In this document: positions 9,805 to 19,900 of the stretch, piece by piece
How the letters are laid out: each line of letters opens with the position of its first letter
How positions within the stretch are numbered: position 1 is the first letter of the stretch
Origin: an uncultured candidate division Zixibacteria bacterium
Lineage (GTDB): Bacteria > Zixibacteria > MSB-5A5 > GN15 > FEB-12
Length of the DNA: 64,000 bases
Reading direction: 5' to 3'
Assembly: GCA_963664195.1 (NCBI GenBank)
Contig: OY760907.1
Span: forward strand, 2,912,001 to 2,976,000
Notes under the pieces: generated by a model
Told to the model about the DNA's origin: nothing
Seen by the model: only the letters and a program-made list of their open reading frames with translations
The model's database searches: none
Made by a program: the position numbers and the translations under genes

Positions 9805-10935
9805 ATGAATATCGGCATCACCTGTTATCCTGTCGCCGGGGGATCCGGCATAGTCGCCACAGAACTCGGGCAACAACTGGCCATGCGCGGACACTCCGTG
9901 CACTTCATCTCGTACGCCATGCCGTTCAGGCTGGATGCTTTCCAGCCGAATCTGATGTATCACGGTGTGGAGACAACCGCCTATCCGCTTTTCAAGTATC
10001 CGCCGTATACCGAAACGCTGGCCTCAAAAATGGCTGATGTCTCGCGCAATTACGACCTGGATATCCTCCATGTCCATTATGCCGTACCTCATGCTACCTG
10101 TGCCTATCTGGCGCGTGAGATTCTGGCATCGCAGGGGATGAAACTGCCGAAGATCATCACCACGCTTCACGGGACAGACATCACGCTGGTGGGATCGGAC
10201 CCGTCGTTTTATGACATTACGAAGTTCTCGATCAACTCCTCCGACGGCATCACGGCGGTATCGCATTACCTTGCGAACGAGACCAAGGAAGTTTTCGAGA
10301 CGGAGAAAGAGATTCGAGTGGTACACAACTTCTTCGATGGCAACCGATTCAAGCCAACCTGCGGTCAGTGCAAGCGGAGCGAGTTCGTACAGGAAGGTGA
10401 GTTCCTCCTGACGCACATTTCCAATTTCCGTCCGGTTAAACGCACGCTCGACGTGATCGACATTTTTGAGAAAGTAGCAGCCGAAGTCCCGGCTCGGTTG
10501 CTGCTGATCGGGGAGGGGCCGGATACCGTGCTGGCCCGCCGCCAGATAAACAAGAAGAAGCTCAACGACCGGGTGATATTCCTTGGTAACCAGTCACGGG
10601 TCGAGGCTATTCTGCCGTGCACCGATCTGTTCTTGATCCCCTCAGAAGAAGAGTCATTTGGTCTGGCCGCACTTGAGGCTCTTGCCTGCGGCGTACCGGT
10701 GATTGGCAGCTCGGGCACCGGGCTGGTGGAGGTCGTCGATGACTTCCGCAACGGATTTCTGTTGCCGGTGGGGGATACTTCCAGTATGGCCCGTGCGGCG
10801 GTGGCGTTGCTGAAAGACACGGTGCGTTTGTCGGAATTCAGAAAAGCTGCGGCGAAACTGGCGCAGGAGCGCTTCAATTCCGAGAAGATAATCTCCGAGT
10901 ACGAAGCGTATTACGAAGAGGTGTGCAATGGCTAA
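9805..10935 (+). CDS. bshA: N-acetyl-alpha-D-glucosaminyl L-malate synthase BshA
   Basis: GITCYP..GGSG.VATELG, HVHYAVPHA, TTLHGTDIT, HISNFRPVKR, ESFGLAALEA. Confidence 0.95.
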   Translation: MNIGITCYPVAGGSGIVATELGQQLAMRGHSVHFISYAMPFRLDAFQPNLMYHGVETTAYPLFKYPPYTETLASKMADVSRNYDLDILHVHYAVPHATCAYLAREILASQGMKLPKIITTLHGTDITLVGSDPSFYDITKFSINSSDGITAVSHYLANETKEVFETEKEIRVVHNFFDGNRFKPTCGQCKRSEFVQEGEFLLTHISNFRPVKRTLDVIDIFEKVAAEVPARLLLIGEGPDTVLARRQINKKKLNDRVIFLGNQSRVEAILPCTDLFLIPSEEESFGLAALEALACGVPVIGSSGTGLVEVVDDFRNGFLLPVGDTSSMARAAVALLKDTVRLSEFRKAAAKLAQERFNSEKIISEYEAYYEEVCNG

Positions 10936-11701
10936 TACGCCCCGCCTCGATATTCTCGCCATAGCTGCACATCCGGACGACGCTGAGATTACCTGCGGCG
11001 GACTTCTGATCAAAATGGCCAACGCCGGTAGGAAAACGGGAGTGGTTGATCTCACCCGGGGTGAGATGGGCACATACGGTGACGAACACGATCGCGCTCG
11101 CGAGATGGCCGATGCTGCGAAACTGCTGGGGTTGACATACCGGGGCAATCTCGAAATGCCCGATTCGGCCGTTGAATGCAATCAGGAGAACAAACTCAAA
11201 ATAGCTCAGGCGATACGTGACACACAGCCCGAACTGGTGCTCCTGCCGCACTGGGAGCAGCGTCACCCCGACCATCTGGCCTGCTCCCGACTCGGCTATG
11301 ATGCCTGTTTTCTGGCCGGACTGAAAAAAGCCGATCTCGACGGTGAACCGTTCAGACCCCGGAAGATTGCGTACGTGTCGTATTTTCGCAACACGGACTA
11401 CTCATTCCTGGTCGACATTTCGGAAGTGTTCATCCGTAAGGTCAAGGCTGTCGCTGCGTACACTTCACAGTTTGGTGATGCTGGCAAGATCATCGCGGCG
11501 ATTGAGGAGGGAGGAAGCCTTCGTGGTCTGAGCAACGCTGACCGTCCGGTGTTCCACTCTTCCATCAGCGCCTTTGAGTTGATTCAAACGCGCGCGCGGC
11601 AACTGGGGCAGCTTGTCCATGTCGATTATGCCGAGGCGTTCACGATCAAAGAGCATATGCTCGTTAATGACCCTCAGAAACTTCCGGTGAAATCGATCTA
11701 G
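10928..11701 (+). CDS. bshB1: Bacillithiol deacetylase BshB1 (PIG-L family)
   Basis: AHPDDAE, DLTRGE.GT.G, RHPDH, YAEAF motifs; adjacent to bshA. Confidence 0.9.
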   Translation: MANTPRLDILAIAAHPDDAEITCGGLLIKMANAGRKTGVVDLTRGEMGTYGDEHDRAREMADAAKLLGLTYRGNLEMPDSAVECNQENKLKIAQAIRDTQPELVLLPHWEQRHPDHLACSRLGYDACFLAGLKKADLDGEPFRPRKIAYVSYFRNTDYSFLVDISEVFIRKVKAVAAYTSQFGDAGKIIAAIEEGGSLRGLSNADRPVFHSSISAFELIQTRARQLGQLVHVDYAEAFTIKEHMLVNDPQKLPVKSI

Positions 11702-11751
11702 CTGTTTTCAACGTTGTTTTCAGAATCGATGACAGATAACCTATCGATAGT

Positions 11752-12678
11752 ATGGATACTTTCAAGAACACAGATCAGGTAGAACGGCGGCACGATACTT
11801 CGGAGGGGATATCCTCCGGCATTCGGGCGACCTGGGCCGGCATGGCAAGTAATGTCGTGCTGATCGTTTTCAAGCTCTGGGCCGGTTTTGCGAGCAATTC
11901 GCAGGCGTTGATCGCCGATGGTGTCCATTCGATTTCCGACCTTTTCTCCGATTTTGTCGTGTTGCTGGGGCTGAAGTGGGGGCGCAAGGGAGAGGACGAG
12001 GATCATCCGTGGGGACACGCCCGTATCGAGACGATTTCCAGCATGGTCATCGGCGTAATGCTCCTGTTGATCGGTCTGGGGATTGCCTGGAGTTCGGTGA
12101 GTGTGGTTGCGGCGAACAAAGTCTCGAAACCGGGGGAGTTCGCTATTTTTGCCGCCGCAATCAGTATCTTCCTCAAAGAAGGCCTGTTCTGGTATACACT
12201 AATGGTTGGCCGACGCCTCAAGAGTCAGGCATTGATTGCAAATGCCTGGCATCATCGCACCGATGCGCTGTCGTCGGTAGCGGTGCTGATTGGCGTCGGG
12301 GCCGCGTACTTCAATCCGGACTGGTATCTGGCCGATTCCCTGGCAGCGCTCGTTGTGACGGTGTTCGTGATGAAGGTCGGGGTTGATCTGGTCTGGTCGG
12401 CCTTCAAGGAACTGTCGGATATCGCACCGGACAAAGACGTCATCGCCGGCATCATCGGTGTTGCCGGCCAGGTCGACGGAGTTCACCAGGTGCACGACGT
12501 CAGGGCACGGTACTCCGGGCCACAGATTTTTGTCGAACTCGATATCGTTGTCGATGCCGATCTGACTGTTAGACTCGGCCACGACATCGCCGTGACCGTG
12601 AAGCAGGCGATCATGCACGCCTTCCCTGACATCACCCACGTCAAGATCCATGTCGACCCTGACCTGAAACCGATCTAG
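11752..12678 (+). CDS. Cation diffusion facilitator (FieF-like) transporter
   Basis: ADGVHSISD, HPWGH.R.E, AWHHRTD, C-terminal dimerisation domain IHVDP. Confidence 0.92.
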   Translation: MDTFKNTDQVERRHDTSEGISSGIRATWAGMASNVVLIVFKLWAGFASNSQALIADGVHSISDLFSDFVVLLGLKWGRKGEDEDHPWGHARIETISSMVIGVMLLLIGLGIAWSSVSVVAANKVSKPGEFAIFAAAISIFLKEGLFWYTLMVGRRLKSQALIANAWHHRTDALSSVAVLIGVGAAYFNPDWYLADSLAALVVTVFVMKVGVDLVWSAFKELSDIAPDKDVIAGIIGVAGQVDGVHQVHDVRARYSGPQIFVELDIVVDADLTVRLGHDIAVTVKQAIMHAFPDITHVKIHVDPDLKPI

Positions 12679-12689
12679 CCAACCCCTTC

Positions 12690-12986
12690 CTAGACTTCTT
12701 TGGCCAACTCTACTATCCGCTTGTAAGGGATAGCCGTCCAGCTTTCGGCCATGATAGCGCCGTTGGCACGGCTTATCATTGAGACCTTGGCGGCAATCTC
12801 TTCGTTGGGCGCCTCGTAGATGTCCATGAAGTCGTAGGTGCCGAGGAGTCCGTAATGTCCGACGAACTTGACTTCCGGGCACTTCTTGTGGACCTCGTCG
12901 AGCCAGGTCTTGCCAATCTCGGCCCGTTCGGAGATTTTGGCAGCCACTTCCGGCGCCAGCTTGGTCATTAGCACATAGGTTTTCAT
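12690..12986 (-). CDS. GYD-domain protein
   Basis: 98 aa with 'LLGTYDFMDIYEAP' motif; AAGGGAG RBS. Confidence 0.8.
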   Translation of the reverse strand: MKTYVLMTKLAPEVAAKISERAEIGKTWLDEVHKKCPEVKFVGHYGLLGTYDFMDIYEAPNEEIAAKVSMISRANGAIMAESWTAIPYKRIVELAKEV

Positions 12987-13075
12987 AATAATTCTCCCTT
13001 CTATATATCTACGTTGAGAAGGTTATCGGTTCGTAACCGGCAAATGAGATGATGGCTGCTAATGGTGACCGAAAT

Positions 13076-13172
13076 TGGCGGAAGGGGTGGGAATCGAACC
13101 CACCGGGGACAATACGATTGCCCCCCGCACGGCTTTGAAGGCCGGGACCGCCACCAGACGACATCCTCTTCC
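13076..13172 (-). tRNA. selC: tRNA-Sec (anticodon UCA)
   Basis: GGAAGAGG...6-bp D stem with 4-nt loop...CTTCAAA anticodon loop, long variable arm, GGTTCGATTCC T loop, encoded GCCA end; 97 nt; selA and selB are in the window. Confidence 0.95.
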
Positions 13173-13178
13173 GCCTGC

Positions 13179-13207
13179 AATATAACGTGCTGCTCCGCAG
13201 CTCGCAA
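13179..13207 (-). promoter_or_regulatory. sigma70-type promoter of selC
   Basis: TTGCGA-N17-TATATT on the minus strand, 6 nt upstream of tRNA G1. Confidence 0.55.
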
Positions 13208-13277
13208 GAGCCTCTATCACAGGCAAGCGCCCCCAGTTTGTCATTGACTCCCTCGCGAAAATGCAGCAGAATAGTAT

Positions 13278-15368
13278 GTGGCAGAACTGAGACTACAATC
13301 CCCGTTACAATACGTCAAAGGGGTGGGACCAAAAAAAGCGGAAGCACTTGGCGAACTTGGCTTCAATGAAGTTGGCGATCTGCTGAAGTATTACCCGCGA
13401 CACTATCTCGATCGCACGAATGTCGTTCCGATCGGCAGGATACAAATCGATCAGGAGGTGACTGTTGTTGGCGAGGTCAAAGCGCACGGCACCCTGTACG
13501 GCGGCAAGGGACGCAGGTACGAGGTCATCCTCGGTGACAAAACCGGCAACATAAGCCTGCTGTGGTTTGCGGGCGTGAAATACTGGGAACGCCTGTTCAA
13601 GAAAGGGCAGGTGTTCGCTGCCACCGGCAGGGTCAACTACTTCCAGGGAATCCAGATCGTTCACCCGGATTTGGAACGGCTCGATGACGACTCCGATCAG
13701 ATGGTACATGCCGGGCGGATTATCCCTGTCTACCCACAAACGGCGCAACTCAACAAAGCAGGGCTTTCCAGCAAGAGCATGCGCAAGGTGACCTCGTTTA
13801 TTTGCGACAATCTGGTGGATACCATCCCTGACCACCTGCCCGACAGCGTGCGACAGCAACAGCAGTTGATGCCGTTACATGAGGCGGTTATCAAGTGCCA
13901 CTACCCGGATGACCGTCGGCAGATAGAGCTGTGTCGTCGACGGCTTGCGTTCGATGAACTCCTCGAACTTCAGTACATGGTGTATCGCAACAAGGGACGT
14001 AAGATTGCCACCATCAAGAAGCACCGAGTCGAGATTCCCGGCGAAAGAGTGTTTCGGTTTATTGATAACCTGCCGTTTGAACTGACTTCGGAGCAGCAGA
14101 AGGTCATCAAGGAAATCACCGACGACATGCAGTCGGAGCATCCGATGTCGCGCCTTTTGCACGGCGACGTCGGTTGCGGCAAGACTGTAGTCGCGGTGGC
14201 GGCGGCGCTCCATGCTGCTGAAAACGGCCTGCAGGTTGCTTTCATGGCTCCCACCGAAATCCTGGCCGAGCAGCATGTACGAAGCTGGCAGGCGGCCTTG
14301 GGTAAGGTTGGAATCACAGCTGATCTTCTGACCGCCAGCCTTACGGCAAAACAGAAACAGACGGTCGCTGCGCGGTGTGCCGCGGGCGAGATCGATATTC
14401 TATTCGGTACGCATGCCCTGATCTATGACTACGTGACATTTGATAGACTGGGGTTCGTGATCATCGACGAGCAGCATCGGTTTGGAGTGGAGCAGCGTGG
14501 AAAGCTTTACGCCAAGGGGGAAGACCCCGACCTGCTGGTGATGACGGCTACTCCGATACCGCGCACTTTGGCCCTGACGCTCTACGGTGATCTTGACATT
14601 TCCACTATCGAATCGCTCCCACCGGGGCGGAAGCCGATTCGCACCGTGTGGCGCACTGACGACGTTCGCGGCAAGGTCCACGAGTATGTGAAGGACCAGA
14701 TCGCCAAAGGCGGACAGGCGTACATCATCTATCCGTTGATTGAGAAGTCGGAGCAGATGGAACTGCAGAATGTCGAGGATGCGTTCAAAGAACTGTCGGT
14801 GGGTGTGTTTCGAAACCTGAAGGTTGAGATGGTTCATGGTCGCATTAAGTCGAAGCAGCGTGATGATATCCTTGACAAGTATCGCAATGGCGAAGTTGAC
14901 GTACTGTTAGCTACAACCGTGATCGAGGTGGGGATCGACAACCCGAATGCCACGGCGCTCGTTATTGAACATGCCGACCGGTTCGGGCTGGCCCAGCTGC
15001 ATCAGCTTCGAGGTCGAGTGGGGCGGGGTGAGAAACGTGCCACTGTTGTTGCTTTGGCCAATTCCCGGTTGTCCGATATCGCCCGGCAACGGATGGAGTA
15101 TTTTGTGGAAAACTCCAACGGTTTTGATATTGCCGAGGCGGATATGGAACTCCGCGGACCGGGGGAGATATTCGGCGTCAAGCAATCGGGACTGCCGGAA
15201 CTACGTGCCGCCAACCTGTTCCGGGATCGGGATCTGATGGAGAGCGCCCGTTTACTCCTGGAAAGGCTGTTTGACCAGACCGAGGAACTTGACAGGGCAC
15301 ACAGAAACCTGTATACCTACTTGCAGCATGGCGCCGGTCGTCGCAGGATGCACCTTGGCGGGGGTTGA
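13278..15368 (+). CDS. recG: ATP-dependent DNA helicase RecG
   Basis: KGVGPK N-terminus, wedge/OB domain, GDVGCGKT, DEQHRFG, MTATPIPR, QLHQLRGRVGR. Confidence 0.97.
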   Translation: MAELRLQSPLQYVKGVGPKKAEALGELGFNEVGDLLKYYPRHYLDRTNVVPIGRIQIDQEVTVVGEVKAHGTLYGGKGRRYEVILGDKTGNISLLWFAGVKYWERLFKKGQVFAATGRVNYFQGIQIVHPDLERLDDDSDQMVHAGRIIPVYPQTAQLNKAGLSSKSMRKVTSFICDNLVDTIPDHLPDSVRQQQQLMPLHEAVIKCHYPDDRRQIELCRRRLAFDELLELQYMVYRNKGRKIATIKKHRVEIPGERVFRFIDNLPFELTSEQQKVIKEITDDMQSEHPMSRLLHGDVGCGKTVVAVAAALHAAENGLQVAFMAPTEILAEQHVRSWQAALGKVGITADLLTASLTAKQKQTVAARCAAGEIDILFGTHALIYDYVTFDRLGFVIIDEQHRFGVEQRGKLYAKGEDPDLLVMTATPIPRTLALTLYGDLDISTIESLPPGRKPIRTVWRTDDVRGKVHEYVKDQIAKGGQAYIIYPLIEKSEQMELQNVEDAFKELSVGVFRNLKVEMVHGRIKSKQRDDILDKYRNGEVDVLLATTVIEVGIDNPNATALVIEHADRFGLAQLHQLRGRVGRGEKRATVVALANSRLSDIARQRMEYFVENSNGFDIAEADMELRGPGEIFGVKQSGLPELRAANLFRDRDLMESARLLLERLFDQTEELDRAHRNLYTYLQHGAGRRRMHLGGG

Positions 15369-15403
15369 CGCTTGCAGGGGAGAGAAGCCCTTTACGATGA
15401 TTC

Positions 15404-15790
15404 ATGGAGGCGCATATGGATGATAAACAAAACAGTCTTGATGTTGTGTTTGTACAGCTTGTGATGTCGTTGCACTCGGCTGCAATGTACCAGATGGGCA
15501 AAGTTGCCTCGCCGATATCCGGCAAGATAGAACGCGACCTGCCCATGGCGAAGAACAGCATTGACATGCTCGAAATGCTGGAGCGCAAGACCAAAGGGAA
15601 TCTCGATGATGAAGAGCAGAAGATTTTGGAGCGGTTCCTGTTTGAGCTTCGCATGAACTACGTCGATGAGGTCAAGAAGGACCAGCAACCGGAAGAGCCG
15701 CAGGGAGATGACAAGCCTGCCGAAACGACAGAATCGACTGACGATTCGAAAGGGACCGAGGCGGCCTCGGATGGCTCCAACGACAACTGA
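15404..15790 (+). CDS. DUF1844-like protein
   Basis: 'AKNSIDMLEMLERKTKGNL..EE..L...LFELRMNYV' pattern. Confidence 0.75.
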   Translation: MEAHMDDKQNSLDVVFVQLVMSLHSAAMYQMGKVASPISGKIERDLPMAKNSIDMLEMLERKTKGNLDDEEQKILERFLFELRMNYVDEVKKDQQPEEPQGDDKPAETTESTDDSKGTEAASDGSNDN

Positions 15791-15918
15791 GTGCAAACTG
15801 ATACTTGACGAACCCAGATTTTACTATTCCAACCGACCGCTTGGTTGTATAATAACTGCGGGATCAGGTGTGTGCGGATTTGCCTTGTTTTTGGCTCCGT
15901 CAGCCCTATATTTCATGA

Positions 15919-16875
15919 ATGGAACTTTTTGACCTCGTGTCACTTACCTCAGACATACCTATGAGAACCCTCATTGAGGGATTTGGGACCAACCTGGAAT
16001 TCGGTCGTCCTCTCGCTCCGTTGACCAGTTATAGGACAGGCGGACCGGCAAGATTGTTCCTGCAGGTTGAGTCTGTCGATGAAGTGGTACGAGCGGTCAC
16101 ATCCGCGAGGAGACTTGAGGTTCCGTTCTTTATTATGGGCAGCGGGACGAACCTGCTGGTATCGGACGAAGGCTACGACGGTCTGGTAATCAGAGTCGAC
16201 ATTCAGGGATTGTCCGCGCGATCCGACACCGAGCTTGAGTGCGGAGCCGGAGATCAGTTGCAGGCTCTCGTGGATTTTGCCACGGCCAGATCGTTGACCG
16301 GACTTGAGTTTGCCGCCGGTATCTGGGGGACGGTCGGAGGGGCGATCTACGGCAATGCGGGTGCCTTCGGAGGTGAGATCGGGAGCGTCGTCTCGGAGAT
16401 CACGCTTGTGGATGGTGAAGGCACGGTGAAGACCGTTCCGGCTGACTACTGCCAGTTTGCATACCGCCATTCCCGTCTGAAGGAACTGGACGAGACCATA
16501 GTGTCGGCTCGATTTGGTCTCCGACCGGGTAGTGCGGAGGAGATACAGGGGAGAGTAGACGAGATCATCCGGCAACGAGAGGGAAAGCATCCGGTCGACG
16601 GTTGTTCGGCGGGTTGCTTCTTCAAGAACATTCCTGACGAAACCCAGGAGCACGGAAAGCTTCCGGCCGGACGTCTTCTGGATGAGATCGGCGCCAAAGA
16701 AATGAGTGTCGGGGGAGCGAAAGTTTTTGAGCGCCACGCGAATATCATCGTCAATACAGGGACTGCTACCTCAAAGGATATCAGGCAGTTGGCCGATATC
16801 TTGAAAAAGAAAGTCAATGACCGCTTTGGAATAGACTTGCAGGAAGAAGTCAGACAACTTGGCAGGTTTGAGTAG
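15919..16875 (+). CDS. murB: UDP-N-acetylenolpyruvoylglucosamine reductase MurB
   Basis: GGPA, GSGTNLL, GTVGGA..GNAGA, SAGCFFKN, HAN.IVN, EEV; alternative start at 15961. Confidence 0.93.
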   Translation: MELFDLVSLTSDIPMRTLIEGFGTNLEFGRPLAPLTSYRTGGPARLFLQVESVDEVVRAVTSARRLEVPFFIMGSGTNLLVSDEGYDGLVIRVDIQGLSARSDTELECGAGDQLQALVDFATARSLTGLEFAAGIWGTVGGAIYGNAGAFGGEIGSVVSEITLVDGEGTVKTVPADYCQFAYRHSRLKELDETIVSARFGLRPGSAEEIQGRVDEIIRQREGKHPVDGCSAGCFFKNIPDETQEHGKLPAGRLLDEIGAKEMSVGGAKVFERHANIIVNTGTATSKDIRQLADILKKKVNDRFGIDLQEEVRQLGRFE

Positions 16876-16930
16876 GAGAACGCTTATAGACCCCTTTCTA
16901 ACGGAATAAAACGTAACTGCCACCGAAGAC

Positions 16931-19900
16931 TTGGTTGTGAGCGTTCTGTCAGTGAGAAAGTCCATCGCCTTTGTTGTACTGCTATTCCTTGCGGTTGTGC
17001 CAGCCTATGCCCAATCGTCAGGGATTGGATTCAAAGTAAAACTACACGATCCGCCTATTGTGGTTGCGGCATATCAAGAACGGCCCGACCGACTGTCGGC
17101 TGCAATCCTTCCGTTGTCGCACGCCTATTTTGAGCCTTTCCAGAAGTATGCTCCCAAAGTTGAATATGGGCGGGCAGAAACAAACTCGCTGACCCTTTCG
17201 ACCAATTACTACAAAGACCTGCACTTGGTGCCGGTCTCCGTGGATGCGCAGGCGTACCTTGCGCACCGGATCGAAGTGCGCAAGCAGGAGAATCGAGACA
17301 GAAACCTCGAAAGGTCTCTTAAAGAGGCCAAAGAGGGCAAGCGCAGGGAGGGGCTTTCCATCGGTGTGGCGCTGCCGAAGCGGTTCAACCAGATGTTTGG
17401 TGAGGGCGGCGCAAACCTGAGAGTCTCCGGTTACCGTCGGATTACTTTCTCCGGTAAGTCGCAGTGGAACGATGCTGCCAATTCGGGGTACACGCAGCAG
17501 AGCAAATTCCCCTCGCTGAATATGGAGCAGATATCACGGTTCGATATCACCGGCACCATCGGCACCAAGATCAGCGTCAAAGTGTCCCAGGATAATCAGA
17601 CCGATATTCCGCTGGCTAACAGAATTCTCCTGCGATACAAGGGGGATGAAGACGATGTCCTCAAGACCATCGAGGCCGGCAACACCACCCTCAACATCCC
17701 CAACACGCGGTTTGTCGGCTACTCGGCACGCATTCAGGGGCTGTTTGGTCTGAAAGCCGAGGCGCAACTTGGCAGTCTCAGGTTCATTGGTATCGCGTCG
17801 CAGGAAAAAGGTTCCTCGGAAGGGGCCAGTGTATCCGCTACCGGTGGCCAGAACGCGGATTACGTCCGTGACTATAATTATGAAGAGGGACGCATTTTTG
17901 ACCTGGGTTATAAGGGCTGGTTGAATCCCGGGGACTCGATCACTCAACTGGTTGTTTTTGAGCAGGAGACTAACGATCAGAATCTCGAGGCTCAGGAGGC
18001 GGAGTTGATGATCGATCCCAGAAATCCCCTCTATGAGCCTGTCTGGTCTGGCACTTACCGCTTCAAGCGCCTGGAACCGGATACATACGAACTACTGTAC
18101 GGTCAGGACCCGGACTACAGTCCCATTGCCCTGGTCTTCCACACCCGCAAGACGCGTAGGGCGATGGGTGTGGTTATGGAAGTAAAGCGTGAGAATGGCT
18201 CGGTCGAGAGGTTCGGTAACACTGGTGTGGACAGCACTGGAGCCTCCGCCGATACGCTTATGGCTCTGATGCCCCCCTCAACAATCTACACTCCGAATCA
18301 TCCGACCTGGCAGTTGATGTGGCGCAATGTCTACCGCATCCCGCAAGACGTTAAGGCAGAGGACATTGAGGTCAAGATATATAAGGGTCTGAAGGGGTTG
18401 GAGGGTACTTCTTCGTCGCAAGAGTTCCAGATTGTCAGCGGCAGATCTCAGGGAACCTATCTGGAAATCCTCGGTCTGGATCAATATAACAATACTTTTG
18501 ACACCCTGCTCACTCCCGACGGTCTTCTGGATGATAGACCGGAAGTATTCCGCCCCGATCTGGGGCTCCTGATCTTCCCTGCCCGGGAACCGTTCAATTC
18601 GGATACGGTGTTCGAACAGACAGGCGGTACGTATTCGCCGGTGTTGAACGAGAAGGTCGAACAAATATACAACTTCTCTTCGACGACGGAAAAACTGGAA
18701 TCCAGTGAGTATTACGTCCAGATCATCAGTCAGGGACGAAGTGCAATAGTCCGGTTGGGCCGGGCCAACATTATTGAAGGGTCGGAGCGGGTTACCGCCA
18801 ACGGCCGTGTGCTCACAAAAGGCTCGGATTATAATATTCAGTATGACTTCGGGCAGGTGACCCTTCTGTCTGATGAAGCCACGGATCCTAACGCGGACAT
18901 CCAAATAGACTTCCAATACGCACCTTTTCTCTCGCTGCAGAAGAAGACACTGCTCGGCTTGAGAACCGAGTACGACTACAGCGATGATCTCAAGCTGGGT
19001 GCCACAGTCCTCTACAAATCTGACAAGGCGCAGGACCGGAAGCCACGCGTGGGGCAGGAGACATCCAAAGCACTCGTGATGGATTTCGATGTCAGCCTCG
19101 GCCTCGATCCAAGTTTCCTTACATCGGCGGTTGACGCCCTGCCCCTCATTAACACCGAAGCTGAGTCGCAGTTTAATATAACGGCTGAGGTGGCGCAATC
19201 CCGCCCGAATCCCAACGTCGATGGCGCTGCGTATATCGACGACTTCGAGTCGGCAGTGGAGCAACTGTCGCTTGGTCTGCCGAGGACAGTATGGACACGC
19301 GCATCCATACCTGTCCCCATCGATACTATTGCCACGGAGACTTGGACGCGCGGCGAAATGCGCTGGCACAATCCGAGAGCGCTGAACAGGGAATCCATTT
19401 ATGCCGGCGAGACGGCTGCCGGCGAGGGGAGTCTCACGCCGCTTCGGTTGATTTTCAGACCGCGCCCGTTCGTGCGAGCGAAGACTCCCGAAGGCTGTGA
19501 TCCTGAGTTGGTGATGCCTTCTCGATCCTGGGGCGGTATCATGCGCAGTTTCTCTGGAATCGATGAAAAACGTGTGCAGACGTTTGAAATCCGTGCCAAG
19601 GGCGGTAGAGGTATTCTACATTTCGACTTTGGCTGGATTTCGGAAGATATCGATGGTGATGGGAGGAACGATACTGAAGATACTGTGTCAGCGAACGGCA
19701 CGCTTGACGAAGGTGAGGATGTTGGTCTGGATGGAATTGAAGATGCCGAGGAAGTTGACTACTGCGGCCAGACAGCCGCCGAGTCCGGTAATCCAGATCC
19801 TGCCGGTGACGATTGGTGGTATGAGGGAGAGGGCAAGGGACGCCCGTACGAAGGCAACGAAAACGGTGCGCCGCCAGTGCCCGAGAGCTGGTGGACTGAC

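Noticed and set aside
12690..13076. Integrative element at the tRNA-Sec 3' end
   Set aside because: No integrase and no duplicated tRNA 3' end (att) noticed in the window; only a GYD-domain gene follows.
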